DNA of 64,000 bases from a virus, in the IMG/VR virus record IMGVR_UViG_3300029822_000001, positions 32,001-96,000 of that record. One strand, given 5' to 3'. Made by a program: the position numbers and the translations under genes. This document shows, one piece after another, positions 27,839-37,335 of the stretch. The notes beneath the pieces were generated by a model. The model saw only the letters and a program-made list of their open reading frames with translations, had not been told where the DNA came from and did not search any database. Numbering within the stretch: position 1 is the first letter of the stretch; the number at the start of each line of letters is the position of its first letter.

Positions 27839-27868
27839 AGAGTACCACAAAAGTACTCTATTTGTCAA
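27839..27868 (-). promoter_or_regulatory. palindromic promoter cassette F
   Basis: TTGACA-N18-TACTCT; arms TAGAGTAC/GTACTCTA. Confidence 0.65.
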
Positions 27869-27869
27869 G

Positions 27870-28622
27870 CTATTTAATTAAGAACTGATTTTTCTTAGAT
27901 TCAAGCTTATCGTACATTGGTTTAACCTCTTCCTCAGTTTTTACTTTAAACTCAACTAGTTCATCTAACTGTACCTTAAAGTACTTGTACATGCAATAAG
28001 CTTGAGGACTCTTGTACTTAGGTAACTCATCCATATCTAGGGCTACATCATCATTATAATTAATTCCAATTTCTAGTTCACCTCTTAAAGGAAATCTGAA
28101 AGTTGTATCGCTCATACTAAACTTATCGGGTACCTCTAAGTCATTCTTTGGAATATTGATAAGCTCTGGAATAGTTAACTGTTCCATAGCATAGTGCATC
28201 ATCTTAGTAACCACTTTAATTTCTTCTGGGGCACAATCTACAACGATACTATCATGTACCGTTAAAGCAACTTTAGAACGTAAATGGTACTTACGGAATA
28301 AATTAACTAGTACAATTAAAGCATTATTTGTACAATAAGCACCCGAGCCTTGTACAATAGCATTAACTGACTGCTTTAAAGCACGAGATACCCGCTTACT
28401 ATCCTTACTTTTAACAGTATCTAACCTTCTATAGTTACCAGCAATAGTCTCCACATGATGTGTATGCATTACTTGGTCATGTATCATTTCAATGTAGTGC
28501 TTAATACCTGGCTTAGAATCCAGTACCTTCTTTTGAATATCCTTGGCATCGTCCAAAGTCATATCAGGCATAATTGGTCTAAGCTTTTCGTACAATCCAT
28601 ATTCTGTTTGGCCGTAAATTGC
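27870..28622 (-). CDS. polA: DNA polymerase family A, exon 2
   Basis: Resumes motif B (AIYGQ), then NAIVQGSGA and motif C TVHDSIV. Confidence 0.9.
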   Translation of the reverse strand, partial: AIYGQTEYGLYEKLRPIMPDMTLDDAKDIQKKVLDSKPGIKHYIEMIHDQVMHTHHVETIAGNYRRLDTVKSKDSKRVSRALKQSVNAIVQGSGAYCTNNALIVLVNLFRKYHLRSKVALTVHDSIVVDCAPEEIKVVTKMMHYAMEQLTIPELINIPKNDLEVPDKFSMSDTTFRFPLRGELEIGINYNDDVALDMDELPKYKSPQAYCMYKYFKVQLDELVEFKVKTEEEVKPMYDKLESKKNQFLIK

Positions 28623-28976
28623 TATTACCTACCCTCGGTTTCCCGATATTTATTAGGGGATTAGACTAAATCATCTTCTCATACTGCTGAGAAGTCTCTG
28701 CATTTCTTCCTCATCACTGAGGCTTTACTCTACTAGTTTCTTCCACAAGTCTTGACAACTTGTATCTACGTTCGATAGTCGTTGGGCATTTATCAGTAAA
28801 TTATAACATTATACTGAATTTAGCAACGGATTACCGCTAGCCCTATCCAGGGCCGTAGGCTTTCTTACTGGCTTTCTCGTCCTAGAAGTCCTAGGTTGGT
28901 TATTTTTACCTTACTTTAGCCATACCGTTTTAACAGAGATTCAATTGCATGTCACCATGCAAAGGGGCACAATTTT
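28623..28976 (-). ncRNA. group I intron (354 nt, no ORF) in polA motif B
   Basis: Interrupts KAVIFG/AIYG; 5' exon GGU pairs with IGS GCC; P7 GACUA/UAGUC in contexts CCCAACGACUA and AAGAUGAUUUAGUCU. Confidence 0.9.
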
Positions 28977-31181
28977 ACCAAAAATAACGGCCTTACTTGC
29001 TTTACGTTGTTCTGAAGTTACTTCCTCCAGACTAATATCATACGCTTTAGTAGCAGTATCCTTATGAACATCAACATTGTTTAACAAAGCTTGTACCAAA
29101 CTAGTATCTTTTGGATAGTACAGGTAGGCAAGCAAAGCAACAATGTAAACTTCCAAGGATTTGTAGTCAATGTTAATCATGACCCCGCCCTTAAAGCGAG
29201 ATTTGAACATACTCTTTACCCCATATTTGTATCTAAAGGAATGAGGGTCAGCAATTCTTCTCGGGAGTTGTTGAAAATTTGGGTCGCTGCTATTTAATCG
29301 ACCGGTTACAGTTCCGGTTGGAGAAAACTTACAATGAATAAGTCCCTTGCTATCTTGTTTCTTAGGCAATGGTTCCAAGAAAGAACTTACTGCCTTGTCC
29401 AAAGCAGAGTAATTAAGTAATTCCTTAGCAATAGGTTCATCATACTTCTCTATCAAATAAGGTAATGCAGCTTTAGCATCACATTTATAATCCGTGTACT
29501 TAAGTTTCTCCTCTGGTACCTTATTTTTCCAGGCAGTATCTGTTATATAATCCTTTTCGTAAGGTAACTGATACCCCATCATTTCGTACAAAATGTACTT
29601 ATTCATATTACCTGAACTAGGAGAGTAGTAGTACTTAGGCATCCCAGTTTTTTCGTTAGTACCAGTGTACTTAGTGTACTCTTTGAACTTCTTTTGTTGC
29701 TCTGCTGTTCGGTCAGCCTTCTTAATGGCTTTAATAGCTTGACGTTCCTTAACCTTAGCTAATCGTTCCTCTTCAAATTGCTTAATATCTGGTATTTTTC
29801 TAAGAGCCTCCGATGCTTTATCTAGTTCTCCCTGATAAATGGGTAGTAGCTCTGAAGCACGCTTCATATCAATGTGCAACCCATTATGTTCAACTTGAGC
29901 TAGAGCATCAATCAGCTTAGGGTAAAAGTCATAAATAAGATGTTTCCACTTAGGGTTTTCATCAATAACCTTACGTTCCCTATTAAATATCCGAAGAGTA
30001 CAGTCTGTATCCGCCGCAGCATAGGGATAAATGATGTCAATAGGTATCCACTCATAGTTAAAATCGCCACCATCTACGGTATTAACCGGAGGTACATATG
30101 AAGATAAACTAGGCTTTTTACCTGTCTTCTCTTCCTGTTCCTTAAGCCAATTGTCCTTATACCTCTCTAGGTACTTAACTTTGTATTTATTTAAAGGTTC
30201 TTCATACCCACCCATATCTGTAAACTGATAGGATAACACCTTAAGTCCCTTACTAGCGTATTCATTTTCGTTAAAACCAATGTAGTACATAATAAGAGTA
30301 TCCACAATATTAGTTGCTTTAGTTAACCCCAAGCAAGACATCATTAGTCGAATATCATACTTACCATTGTGAAAAATCTTAATATGGTCTGACTCAACAA
30401 ATTGGCATATTTTACTATAGATATCCTTAAGCTGCTCAGAAGTCCACCCAGGATTAAATCCATCATGGTCTAAGGGAATAGCTACCCCTTGACGTTCTTT
30501 CCATGATAAAGAAACAAAGATAGGCTTAGAACCCTCTAATTCCGGTACCAAGGTATTACTTTCAAAGTCCATTGCAATGTACTTGTACTTAGGTAAGATG
30601 TCATCAAAAATATGACATACCTCGGCATAATCCGTAACCATCTTATAGGTACCCGTCTTAGGAATAAAAGCTTTTTCCCCTTGGGTAACAAACTGCTTAG
30701 CCAGTTGAATATCAGACTTAAACAGCCCCTCAAGTGCTGGGTCTACCATAATAGAGTCTGTTCCGTATAAGGCCAGCATCCAGTAAGAGCTACCCTTAAC
30801 ATCTACCTTCTGTGGGATACCCCGAGCACTCCGTACTTTACTCTTACCTGTCAAAGCTTCCAAGGATTGGCTACCAAAAGATAAAATCAAATCAGGGGAA
30901 CACTCATTTATTTTATCTAGTAACTTATCAGTATATGGCTTAGACTCTTTCTTAGGTATCTTCTTATATGCCCCAGATGGCTGTTTTTCAGGGATACTAC
31001 TGTAAGCAAAAGATAGGGTATAGTTACTCATCTCTAACCCTAGTCCTGCTCTAGGAGCCGTTAGAGCCTTTTTAAGGTACTTACCAGGAGCACTGTTCCA
31101 GTAGTCCATATAGTACTTACCAGACTCATCTTGTTTAAAGTACTTTTCTCGCCAAAAATCAAGAACCACAAATATTTTCAT
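28977..31181 (-). CDS. polA: DNA polymerase family A, exon 1 (UDG-like N-terminal domain, 3'-5' exonuclease, polymerase motif A)
   Basis: PDLILSFG (UDG-like), DFES/HNGKYD/YAAAD exonuclease motifs, TGRLNS..PNFQQ, DYKSLE; start at MKIFVV behind AAAGGGG. Confidence 0.9.
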
Positions 31182-31225
31182 TATCTTAGCCCCTTTCTTT
31201 TTACATTGTACCACATCCATATAAA

Positions 31226-31252
31226 ATAAAAAAGGCTTAATTAAAGCCTTTT
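31226..31252 (-). terminator. putative terminator
   Basis: AAAAGGCTT/AAGCCTTTT hairpin plus T-run. Confidence 0.6.
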
Positions 31253-31259
31253 ATATATA

Positions 31260-31841
31260 CTAGTCTAAATATTCAGTTTCTTGGTCTTCTGGACGTACCT
31301 CATCGCTACTATCCTCATCACTAATAAGGCCATCTTCTTTAGGTCCTTGGGATTCCAACTGCCTACGATATGAGATGTCCGAACTAATTTGGTCAGTAAC
31401 CTTTGCAATATTGGCATCAATGTCATTACTAACATGATTAGGGTACCCTGCTTGTTCAGCAGTCAATACAATATTATTGTACCTGTAGAAGTCCTTTGGT
31501 ACATCAACAAATAGCTTACCAGTACCAATAAATTCACCAAACTCTAGCAAACTAATGGGACTCTTAGTGTCTCCCTGGATATGCATGAAAATGTAATCAC
31601 AGCTGGCTAAACGTTCTTGTTCCCACTTAATCTGTTCCTCTTCCATATCTGGAGTAAAGTCTTCCGTTCTACGTGGATTGTAGAAGGCAATTGGCTGGTT
31701 AGTACGACGAGCAATTTGAGAAGCTACAGCATCTTGCCAAGGCTTAGCTTTTCCCATCTCAATAGACCCTGCCAGGAAAATAGAAATCTCATCTGGATTA
31801 GGGAAAAGGTCACTTGGTGCTTGAATAACATGGTATATCAT
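31260..31841 (-). CDS. nucleoside 2-deoxyribosyltransferase-like protein
   Basis: IFLAGSI...WQ, YNPRR, EQIKWE, SPISLLEFG motifs. Confidence 0.8.
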   Translation of the reverse strand: MIYHVIQAPSDLFPNPDEISIFLAGSIEMGKAKPWQDAVASQIARRTNQPIAFYNPRRTEDFTPDMEEEQIKWEQERLASCDYIFMHIQGDTKSPISLLEFGEFIGTGKLFVDVPKDFYRYNNIVLTAEQAGYPNHVSNDIDANIAKVTDQISSDISYRRQLESQGPKEDGLISDEDSSDEVRPEDQETEYLD

Positions 31842-31871
31842 GTATTATTATCCTTTCTATGGCTTAATCAC

Positions 31872-32120
31872 GTGAACTACTCGGTCATGAAGGACCAAGC
31901 TTCTGGGAACACTGCTTACTTACACAGTAGTGTCTAGCACTCCATGCAGAGGTTACAGCTATTTACCACGGCTCGTTCCGAACCTAGTTAGTCAATTATT
32001 TATTAGCTTGGTTTTCGCTAACAACTATAGTATATCACATACTATTTATTTGTCAAGATTATACCTTATCTCAATGCATCTCGTCACTAAAGTAACAAGC
32101 TTTCTCAATTGGCACTGATT
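31872..32120 (-). mobile_element. 249-bp non-autonomous IS200/IS605-type mini-element (left end, promoter, omegaRNA scaffold, right end; no ORF)
   Basis: Two related subterminal hairpins (32080-32099 and 31880-31899), right end ...GAGTAGTTCAC with GAAG guide, TTAT flanking the left end, internal TTGACA/TG-TATACT promoter. Confidence 0.75.
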
Positions 32121-32461
32121 ATAACATATACATGTTTAGAGCCATCCTCAACCTGATAGATACGCTTTTCATGGTCTTCCATATAATCTTTCATATAAGC
32201 TAGACTATCAAATTTGATGTATTTATACAAACTTGGATGAATACCACCCTGGTAGTTATTTAACTTCCTTAGTTGTTCAGCTAAGTCCTGATAAGTGGAA
32301 AACACTAAGTATGAATTGTCCTTTACTGATACTTTAATTAAGTAAGCAATAAGATTAGCATAACTATTTGAATCAATTCCTTGTGATTCAGAAAATACTT
32401 TCCAGTTAACCTTATCTGTTCTCTTTTGTGCATAGGCAATAAACTTATTGTTACTCATCAT
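32105..32461 (-). CDS. hypothetical protein (C-terminus altered by the mini-element)
   Basis: AGAGGA RBS before ATGATG; the last codons lie inside the element's left end. Confidence 0.7.
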   Translation of the reverse strand: MMSNNKFIAYAQKRTDKVNWKVFSESQGIDSNSYANLIAYLIKVSVKDNSYLVFSTYQDLAEQLRKLNNYQGGIHPSLYKYIKFDSLAYMKDYMEDHEKRIYQVEDGSKHVYVIISAN

Positions 32462-32483
32462 ATCTGCTATCCTCTTGCTTTCC

Positions 32484-32643
32484 AAATTGTGTAAAAACGT
32501 TACTAATAGTTAGATTTTAGTAACTACAATTTAGTCATCACCGTCAACATCAGTATTCTGACTTGGAAATTTATTCCTTACCACATTGACTGACTCTTGT
32601 GACCTTTCATCTGGGTGAAGCCCACCCAGTCATAGTTATAGCA
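32484..32643 (-). ncRNA. putative omegaRNA scaffold of tnpB element 1
   Basis: Non-coding and hairpin-rich (CTGGGTGG-GCT-TCACCCAG; GTTACTAA...TTAGTAAC), directly 3' of tnpB. Confidence 0.6.
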
Positions 32644-33813
32644 TTACGCTACATAATTCTTAATATTTTCTACTGCGTTCTCATCTCGGTCTAAGATAGC
32701 CCCACAATTATAACAGTAATATTTTTGGTGATTGTGGTGAATACTATCTCCAGATAAGGTTTGCTTACCTCCGTAACCATCTTTGGTCTTAAGATATCCA
32801 CAAACACTACATATTTGAGTAGAAGGATATAGTCTGTCGACTAAGACCAGTTTACGATTATTCCATTCACACTTATAGGTTAAGATTTCCCTAAATTTAC
32901 CAAATAGAGAACGGTGTAAATTCTTTCCCATTTTTTTACTCATCATCATTCCATGGACATTTAAGTCCTCAATATGAATTTCGGAATAGGTTGAGACAAT
33001 CTGACAAGTAAATTGATTTAGAATATCCTTCTGTAAATTAGTAACTTTTTGGTAAACACGTCTAAGTTTGGTTTTCACTTTCATGTACCTTTTAGTTTTG
33101 AAATTACGAGGATTTTCTAATCGCTTTCGAGCCAACATTCGTTGGTAATGAGTAATTCTCTGATAGTATCGTTCCAACTTTTTGGGGTAAATAGCTATTT
33201 GTTGACCATCATTATAATTAAAATGTCTAACATTAACATCTATCCCAACAATTTCACTGGTCTTAGGTACTATTTCGTTATGGGATGTATCAAACACTAA
33301 ACTGGCATAGTAGCCGTCTGCCTTTTGAGTAATGGTACATAACTTCAATTTTCCCTCAAACCGAGGGGTTTCTCGCAGTTTAATCCCATACCAGACTGAC
33401 TTACTAATCCCTTGAGGCTTGTCTAACGCTAACTTTCCACTGACAAGACGAGCTCTATCAGTAGAAAAGTTCGGTTTGTAGCTCTTTTTTGATTGAAACC
33501 TTGGTTTCCCCTGGTTAAGCATGTTTGGATTCCAAAAGCTCTTCCAAGCTTTCTCTAAACTACTTACAGCTTGCTGAAGAACTCTAGGCGAGCGAGAATA
33601 CTGCCAATCTTGCTTATTACTAACTAGTTCATTTCTAACTTTGCTGTTGTTGGGTCTTAAAGCTTTATCACCTAAAATGCTTGATTCGTCATACATATCG
33701 TTCCAAGTAGCTAAGGCCTGATTCCAACAGTATCTTCGATAATTGAATAAGTCTTCAATTACCCTAGTCATATGAGCATTGGGCTCAATTTTAACTTGAT
33801 GAGTTTTTATCAT
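32644..33813 (-). CDS. tnpB: RNA-guided endonuclease TnpB
   Basis: RuvC GIDVN, IEDLNV, DRDENA; zinc ribbon STQICSVC...CYNC. Confidence 0.92.
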   Translation of the reverse strand: MIKTHQVKIEPNAHMTRVIEDLFNYRRYCWNQALATWNDMYDESSILGDKALRPNNSKVRNELVSNKQDWQYSRSPRVLQQAVSSLEKAWKSFWNPNMLNQGKPRFQSKKSYKPNFSTDRARLVSGKLALDKPQGISKSVWYGIKLRETPRFEGKLKLCTITQKADGYYASLVFDTSHNEIVPKTSEIVGIDVNVRHFNYNDGQQIAIYPKKLERYYQRITHYQRMLARKRLENPRNFKTKRYMKVKTKLRRVYQKVTNLQKDILNQFTCQIVSTYSEIHIEDLNVHGMMMSKKMGKNLHRSLFGKFREILTYKCEWNNRKLVLVDRLYPSTQICSVCGYLKTKDGYGGKQTLSGDSIHHNHQKYYCYNCGAILDRDENAVENIKNYVA

Positions 33814-33876
33814 CTTTATCTATGTTCACTTCCTTTATAGGTTATGAACATAGTTTACCACTTTTGAGTATACGTG

Positions 33877-34188
33877 TCAATGATTTGTATCCCTACTATT
33901 ATCCTCCATATCCTTAATCAACTTAAGGGATTTGTACTTCACATGTACCCGTTTAGGTACCTTGACCATTGTTTTAGTTTTAATACCATCATAATGGTAC
34001 CCAGCACTTTTAGTTACTGGTTCCATTAGTACCAGTTTCATCAGCTTTACTCGATTACCAGATTCCAGCTCATCCATGATAACATCTTGTAAAGAACTAA
34101 GTACCTTATCAATATCTTTACAGTACATTTCTGGATTACGCTCCTGTACCTTATAAATTAACTCTGACTTATTAACTGAACGTGACAT
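33877..34188 (-). CDS. HU/IHF-like DNA-binding protein
   Basis: NKSELI...I.DELESG.RVKL...VP...VKYK pattern; synteny upstream of pol. Confidence 0.8.
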   Translation of the reverse strand: MSRSVNKSELIYKVQERNPEMYCKDIDKVLSSLQDVIMDELESGNRVKLMKLVLMEPVTKSAGYHYDGIKTKTMVKVPKRVHVKYKSLKLIKDMEDNSRDTNH

Positions 34189-34855
34189 ATGTTTCCACCT
34201 CCTTGTTGATTAGTTCCTTCTTATCTTCATCACATAGAAGTTTCAATTGCATGAGAATACGTGCCATAAATTCATGTAGTTGTAAATAGTACCTGGATTG
34301 TACCTGTAATGTATCACTGTACTCTTCATCATGGTATTCTTTCTGTACCTTACTAGAAAAAGAAAGTACAACCATATCTGTTAAGTATCGCAAAGGGTAC
34401 AAAGCCTTAATTAAAGCCTCAGGACTGTCTTCCTTACTTGTGATAGGACAGTAAATAACAACTTTTACTCCATTACAGTGATTGGCAGCATCAATATTTT
34501 CTATGTCTGAAATAGAGTACTCTTTTCTAACTAGGTAAACAACCTCTGCTCGTTTATTACCTTGAAGCTTGAGCAAAATGCCAATTGGCACAGTTGAGTT
34601 AGTATAATAGCTTACTCTGGCACTAGACTTAAAGATGCGACTATTCAAACTATCCATTTCAGAGCTGTCATGCCAAATAATAAAGTGATATTCTATCTGC
34701 TTTTCTGGCGGTAGCTTTAGTACCCGATTAACTTCTTTCTCATTAGTACGAGTAACCTTAACAACACCTTTTTCAAAGTCTGTGTAGGACTCTAACTGAT
34801 AGTTAGCCGAAGCATAACTATTATTTACATTTAAGTGCTTAATTCGTCTCATCAT
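34172..34855 (-). CDS. conserved hypothetical protein upstream of HU
   Basis: 227-aa ORF coupled to both neighbours. Confidence 0.75.
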   Translation of the reverse strand: MMRRIKHLNVNNSYASANYQLESYTDFEKGVVKVTRTNEKEVNRVLKLPPEKQIEYHFIIWHDSSEMDSLNSRIFKSSARVSYYTNSTVPIGILLKLQGNKRAEVVYLVRKEYSISDIENIDAANHCNGVKVVIYCPITSKEDSPEALIKALYPLRYLTDMVVLSFSSKVQKEYHDEEYSDTLQVQSRYYLQLHEFMARILMQLKLLCDEDKKELINKEVETYVTFS

Positions 34856-35519
34856 TATTACCTTCTAAATTCGTCTCAATTATGTTACTTGTTTGTTCTG
34901 ATACAGCATTCCACTCATCCTCTCCTTTACTTGCAGTACTCGTAACACGCTCCCACCAGTAAGCTCCCATCTCTCGTTGAATAGCACTATAGGTGCTAAA
35001 AACCTCTGTACAGTTTAAGCTGGTTAAGTCGTCCATAGTGGTTACTAACCAGTCTACGCCTGTAATTTGTTCTAAACGTTTATCTTGATAGGTATTATAA
35101 GTTCTAAAAGTCACCTTACTCTTAGTATACAAAGAATGGTACAATCTATTGCTATAAGGCAGCATAACATAATCTGCTTCTCGATTAATGTGCATAATTA
35201 GTACTGGAATTGTATCCGCCCGATGAGCATCAGTAATAACCTGCTCCATAAATTGTTTTAGTTCCCCAGTACCCCAAACAATGTTTTTTAGAGTGATATC
35301 TCCATGATTTTTGCATTCATAATTAAACGGGTCAGGGTATCCAATAGGAGAGAATATATCTCCAATTAAACGAGCATCACTTCCATGTTCGCTACCAGCA
35401 GCACCGGAAGCCATAGTTCGACTATAGCTAACCCCAGTCCATTTAGTTAAGATTTTAGCAATAGTTCTCTCGTATCCAGAGCCTTTTACATGTCGATTAT
35501 GACCATTAATTGCTGCCAT
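34839..35519 (-). CDS. Holliday junction resolvase (PD-(D/E)XK)
   Basis: KGSGYER.IAK.L, SRT.ASGA, GDI, YECKN. Confidence 0.85.
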   Translation of the reverse strand: MAAINGHNRHVKGSGYERTIAKILTKWTGVSYSRTMASGAAGSEHGSDARLIGDIFSPIGYPDPFNYECKNHGDITLKNIVWGTGELKQFMEQVITDAHRADTIPVLIMHINREADYVMLPYSNRLYHSLYTKSKVTFRTYNTYQDKRLEQITGVDWLVTTMDDLTSLNCTEVFSTYSAIQREMGAYWWERVTSTASKGEDEWNAVSEQTSNIIETNLEGNNDETN

Positions 35520-36274
35520 TAGTGAATCATCCCTTGCGCGTTTAATGTCATGTAAATCTTGTTCAACCGGTCTACATGTCGAATAACCTTAGCAAAATTA
35601 GTATCCAAAGGAAGTACCTTTTGAAGAGTACCACTAGCTACAGAAGGAATAGTTGATACATCATGTTTTACTTTTTTAACTACCTCTGGTGTAAACATCT
35701 TTTTAAACTCATCAAGTGTCAGTTGACCCTTTAGAGACAGGTATAATTCATCTACTTCAGCAAAGGATAAAAGGGCACCTGGATTATGATACATAATAAT
35801 GGCGAAGCTGCCGTCAGTTAAGTAAATATAAGATACTTTTACTGTACCTAAACCAATTAGTTCCGCTAATAGGTGGTCATAATTGATACTGTCAAGTACT
35901 AGCTTGTTACTATCATCTACATTAGCAATATTCTTAACAAAGGATACTACTTGCTGATAAAACAGGTCAGCGTTAGTGCTACCACTATGGTACATAACAT
36001 AGGGTGCCACTGTACTTCCATCAGGAGTTATTAAGGATACACCTAAGGAATTAATAACAGCAGATAGATTGGAATCCATAGCATCGGCAGTATCTTCAAC
36101 AACAGTACCTAATGATAAGCTGCTTGAAAACTTTGCTAGGCTAACAGGATTAACACGGGAAGAAGCAATAACACTAATAGTTTCCTTTAGACTATAAGGA
36201 GCTCCTTCCATAAAGTCTGTATATTTTTTCTTAGCTACCTTCAATTTATTCACTATCCTTTTTATCCATACCAC
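35519..36274 (-). CDS. hypothetical protein
   Basis: 251-aa ORF. Confidence 0.7.
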   Translation of the reverse strand: MVWIKRIVNKLKVAKKKYTDFMEGAPYSLKETISVIASSRVNPVSLAKFSSSLSLGTVVEDTADAMDSNLSAVINSLGVSLITPDGSTVAPYVMYHSGSTNADLFYQQVVSFVKNIANVDDSNKLVLDSINYDHLLAELIGLGTVKVSYIYLTDGSFAIIMYHNPGALLSFAEVDELYLSLKGQLTLDEFKKMFTPEVVKKVKHDVSTIPSVASGTLQKVLPLDTNFAKVIRHVDRLNKIYMTLNAQGMIH

Positions 36275-36662
36275 TCAGAGAAGTTTCATCAGAATTTTTA
36301 TCTTTTTCTAGTTCACCAAGCTTTTCCTTAAGTTCCTTCTTGGCCTTTTCCATAAGAGCCTTGCGTGAATTCTTAACTTCTTTTTCTGCTTCTTTCCATT
36401 GTTCTTCAGTAGCACCAAGCTTGTTAAGAAGCACTTGCATGATTTCGTCATCTTCTGCAACTTTATTGTACTGTTTTACTAATGGGTACGTAAGGATTTC
36501 ATTTAATTCCATAATTTCCTTTAAGCTTACACGCTTATCTAAGTCTTTAATAGCTTTATCCTTTAACGACTTGTCCGCATTAGGTACCTTGATGTATTCT
36601 CTGTAGGCATTAAGAAGTTCTTCTTTGCTCATTTTGTTTTGTGTACTCATATTATTAATCAT
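36246..36662 (-). CDS. helical hypothetical protein
   Basis: 138-aa ORF, AAGGAG RBS. Confidence 0.75.
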   Translation of the reverse strand: MINNMSTQNKMSKEELLNAYREYIKVPNADKSLKDKAIKDLDKRVSLKEIMELNEILTYPLVKQYNKVAEDDEIMQVLLNKLGATEEQWKEAEKEVKNSRKALMEKAKKELKEKLGELEKDKNSDETSLSGMDKKDSE

Positions 36663-36982
36663 TCTCCTTCAGTTTTTTCTTTAGCTAATTCTGTGATTCT
36701 TTGTTGAATGTACTCTGCATCTTTCATACTTAGTACACCCTTTCCCACAAGGGTTGCTACTATTTCACCGATGCTATCCATTGTGATTGACACACAGTCT
36801 TGAGTAAATTTACTCTGTTGAGACATTAACTCAGATAATAAAAGGTAGGCTTCATCATAAGTTACCTTATCACTGTTATGTTGTGTAATTTCTTCATGTG
36901 GTAAATTTCCCTTAAGTTCTACCTTACGTCTAATACGATAGTAGTCAGCAAACCCGACTGCTGAGGCGTGGTTGATATCCAA
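36659..36982 (-). CDS. hypothetical protein
   Basis: 107-aa ORF, TTG start behind AAGGGGGG. Confidence 0.7.
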   Translation of the reverse strand: MDINHASAVGFADYYRIRRKVELKGNLPHEEITQHNSDKVTYDEAYLLLSELMSQQSKFTQDCVSITMDSIGEIVATLVGKGVLSMKDAEYIQQRITELAKEKTEGE

Positions 36983-37060
36983 AGTGAACCCCCCTTATAT
37001 CAGTTTATATTTATATTTTACCACATCCTTGTGCTAATTTTGGGTTTCTCTAGTTGGACT

Positions 37061-37095
37061 AAAAAAAGGTAGGTGCCTTTAAGCACTTACCTTTT
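37061..37095 (-). terminator. terminator
   Basis: AAAAGGTAAGTGC-TTAAAG-GCACCTACCTTTTTTT. Confidence 0.75.
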
Positions 37096-37113
37096 AATTT
37101 ATTACCTTATATC

Positions 37114-37323
37114 TTATGAAATCAACTTACGATAATCGCTAAGTCCCTTTAACAGGCCAATGAGTACTGAAGCGGTTTTCCGGTCAATATCTTCATAGGT
37201 GTCAATACCCAGTGCTGGTAACAAAACAGACAAAGGAGATGATTCTGGTAATACAACTTGTTTGTAATCTTCGTTAAGACTATTAAGAAAGTCTAATTGC
37301 TTTTCACTTGCTTTATTATTCAT
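37114..37323 (-). CDS. small hypothetical protein
   Basis: ASEKQLDFL...ASVLI motif, AAGGGG RBS. Confidence 0.7.
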   Translation of the reverse strand: MNNKASEKQLDFLNSLNEDYKQVVLPESSPLSVLLPALGIDTYEDIDRKTASVLIGLLKGLSDYRKLIS

Positions 37324-37335
37324 GCTTTTATCCCC

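Larger units (their letters stand above)
32482..33893 (-). mobile_element. non-autonomous IS607-type element 1 (tnpB only)
   Basis: GG at both junctions, own TTGACA-N17-TAAACT promoter, tnpB, ~160-nt structured 3' region; no tnpA. Confidence 0.7.

Noticed and set aside
28620-28980. Alternative splice ending in G (FG-TIYG)
   Set aside because: It requires the 5' exon to end in A rather than at the U-G pair and shifts the P1/P10 register; less likely but not excluded without cDNA
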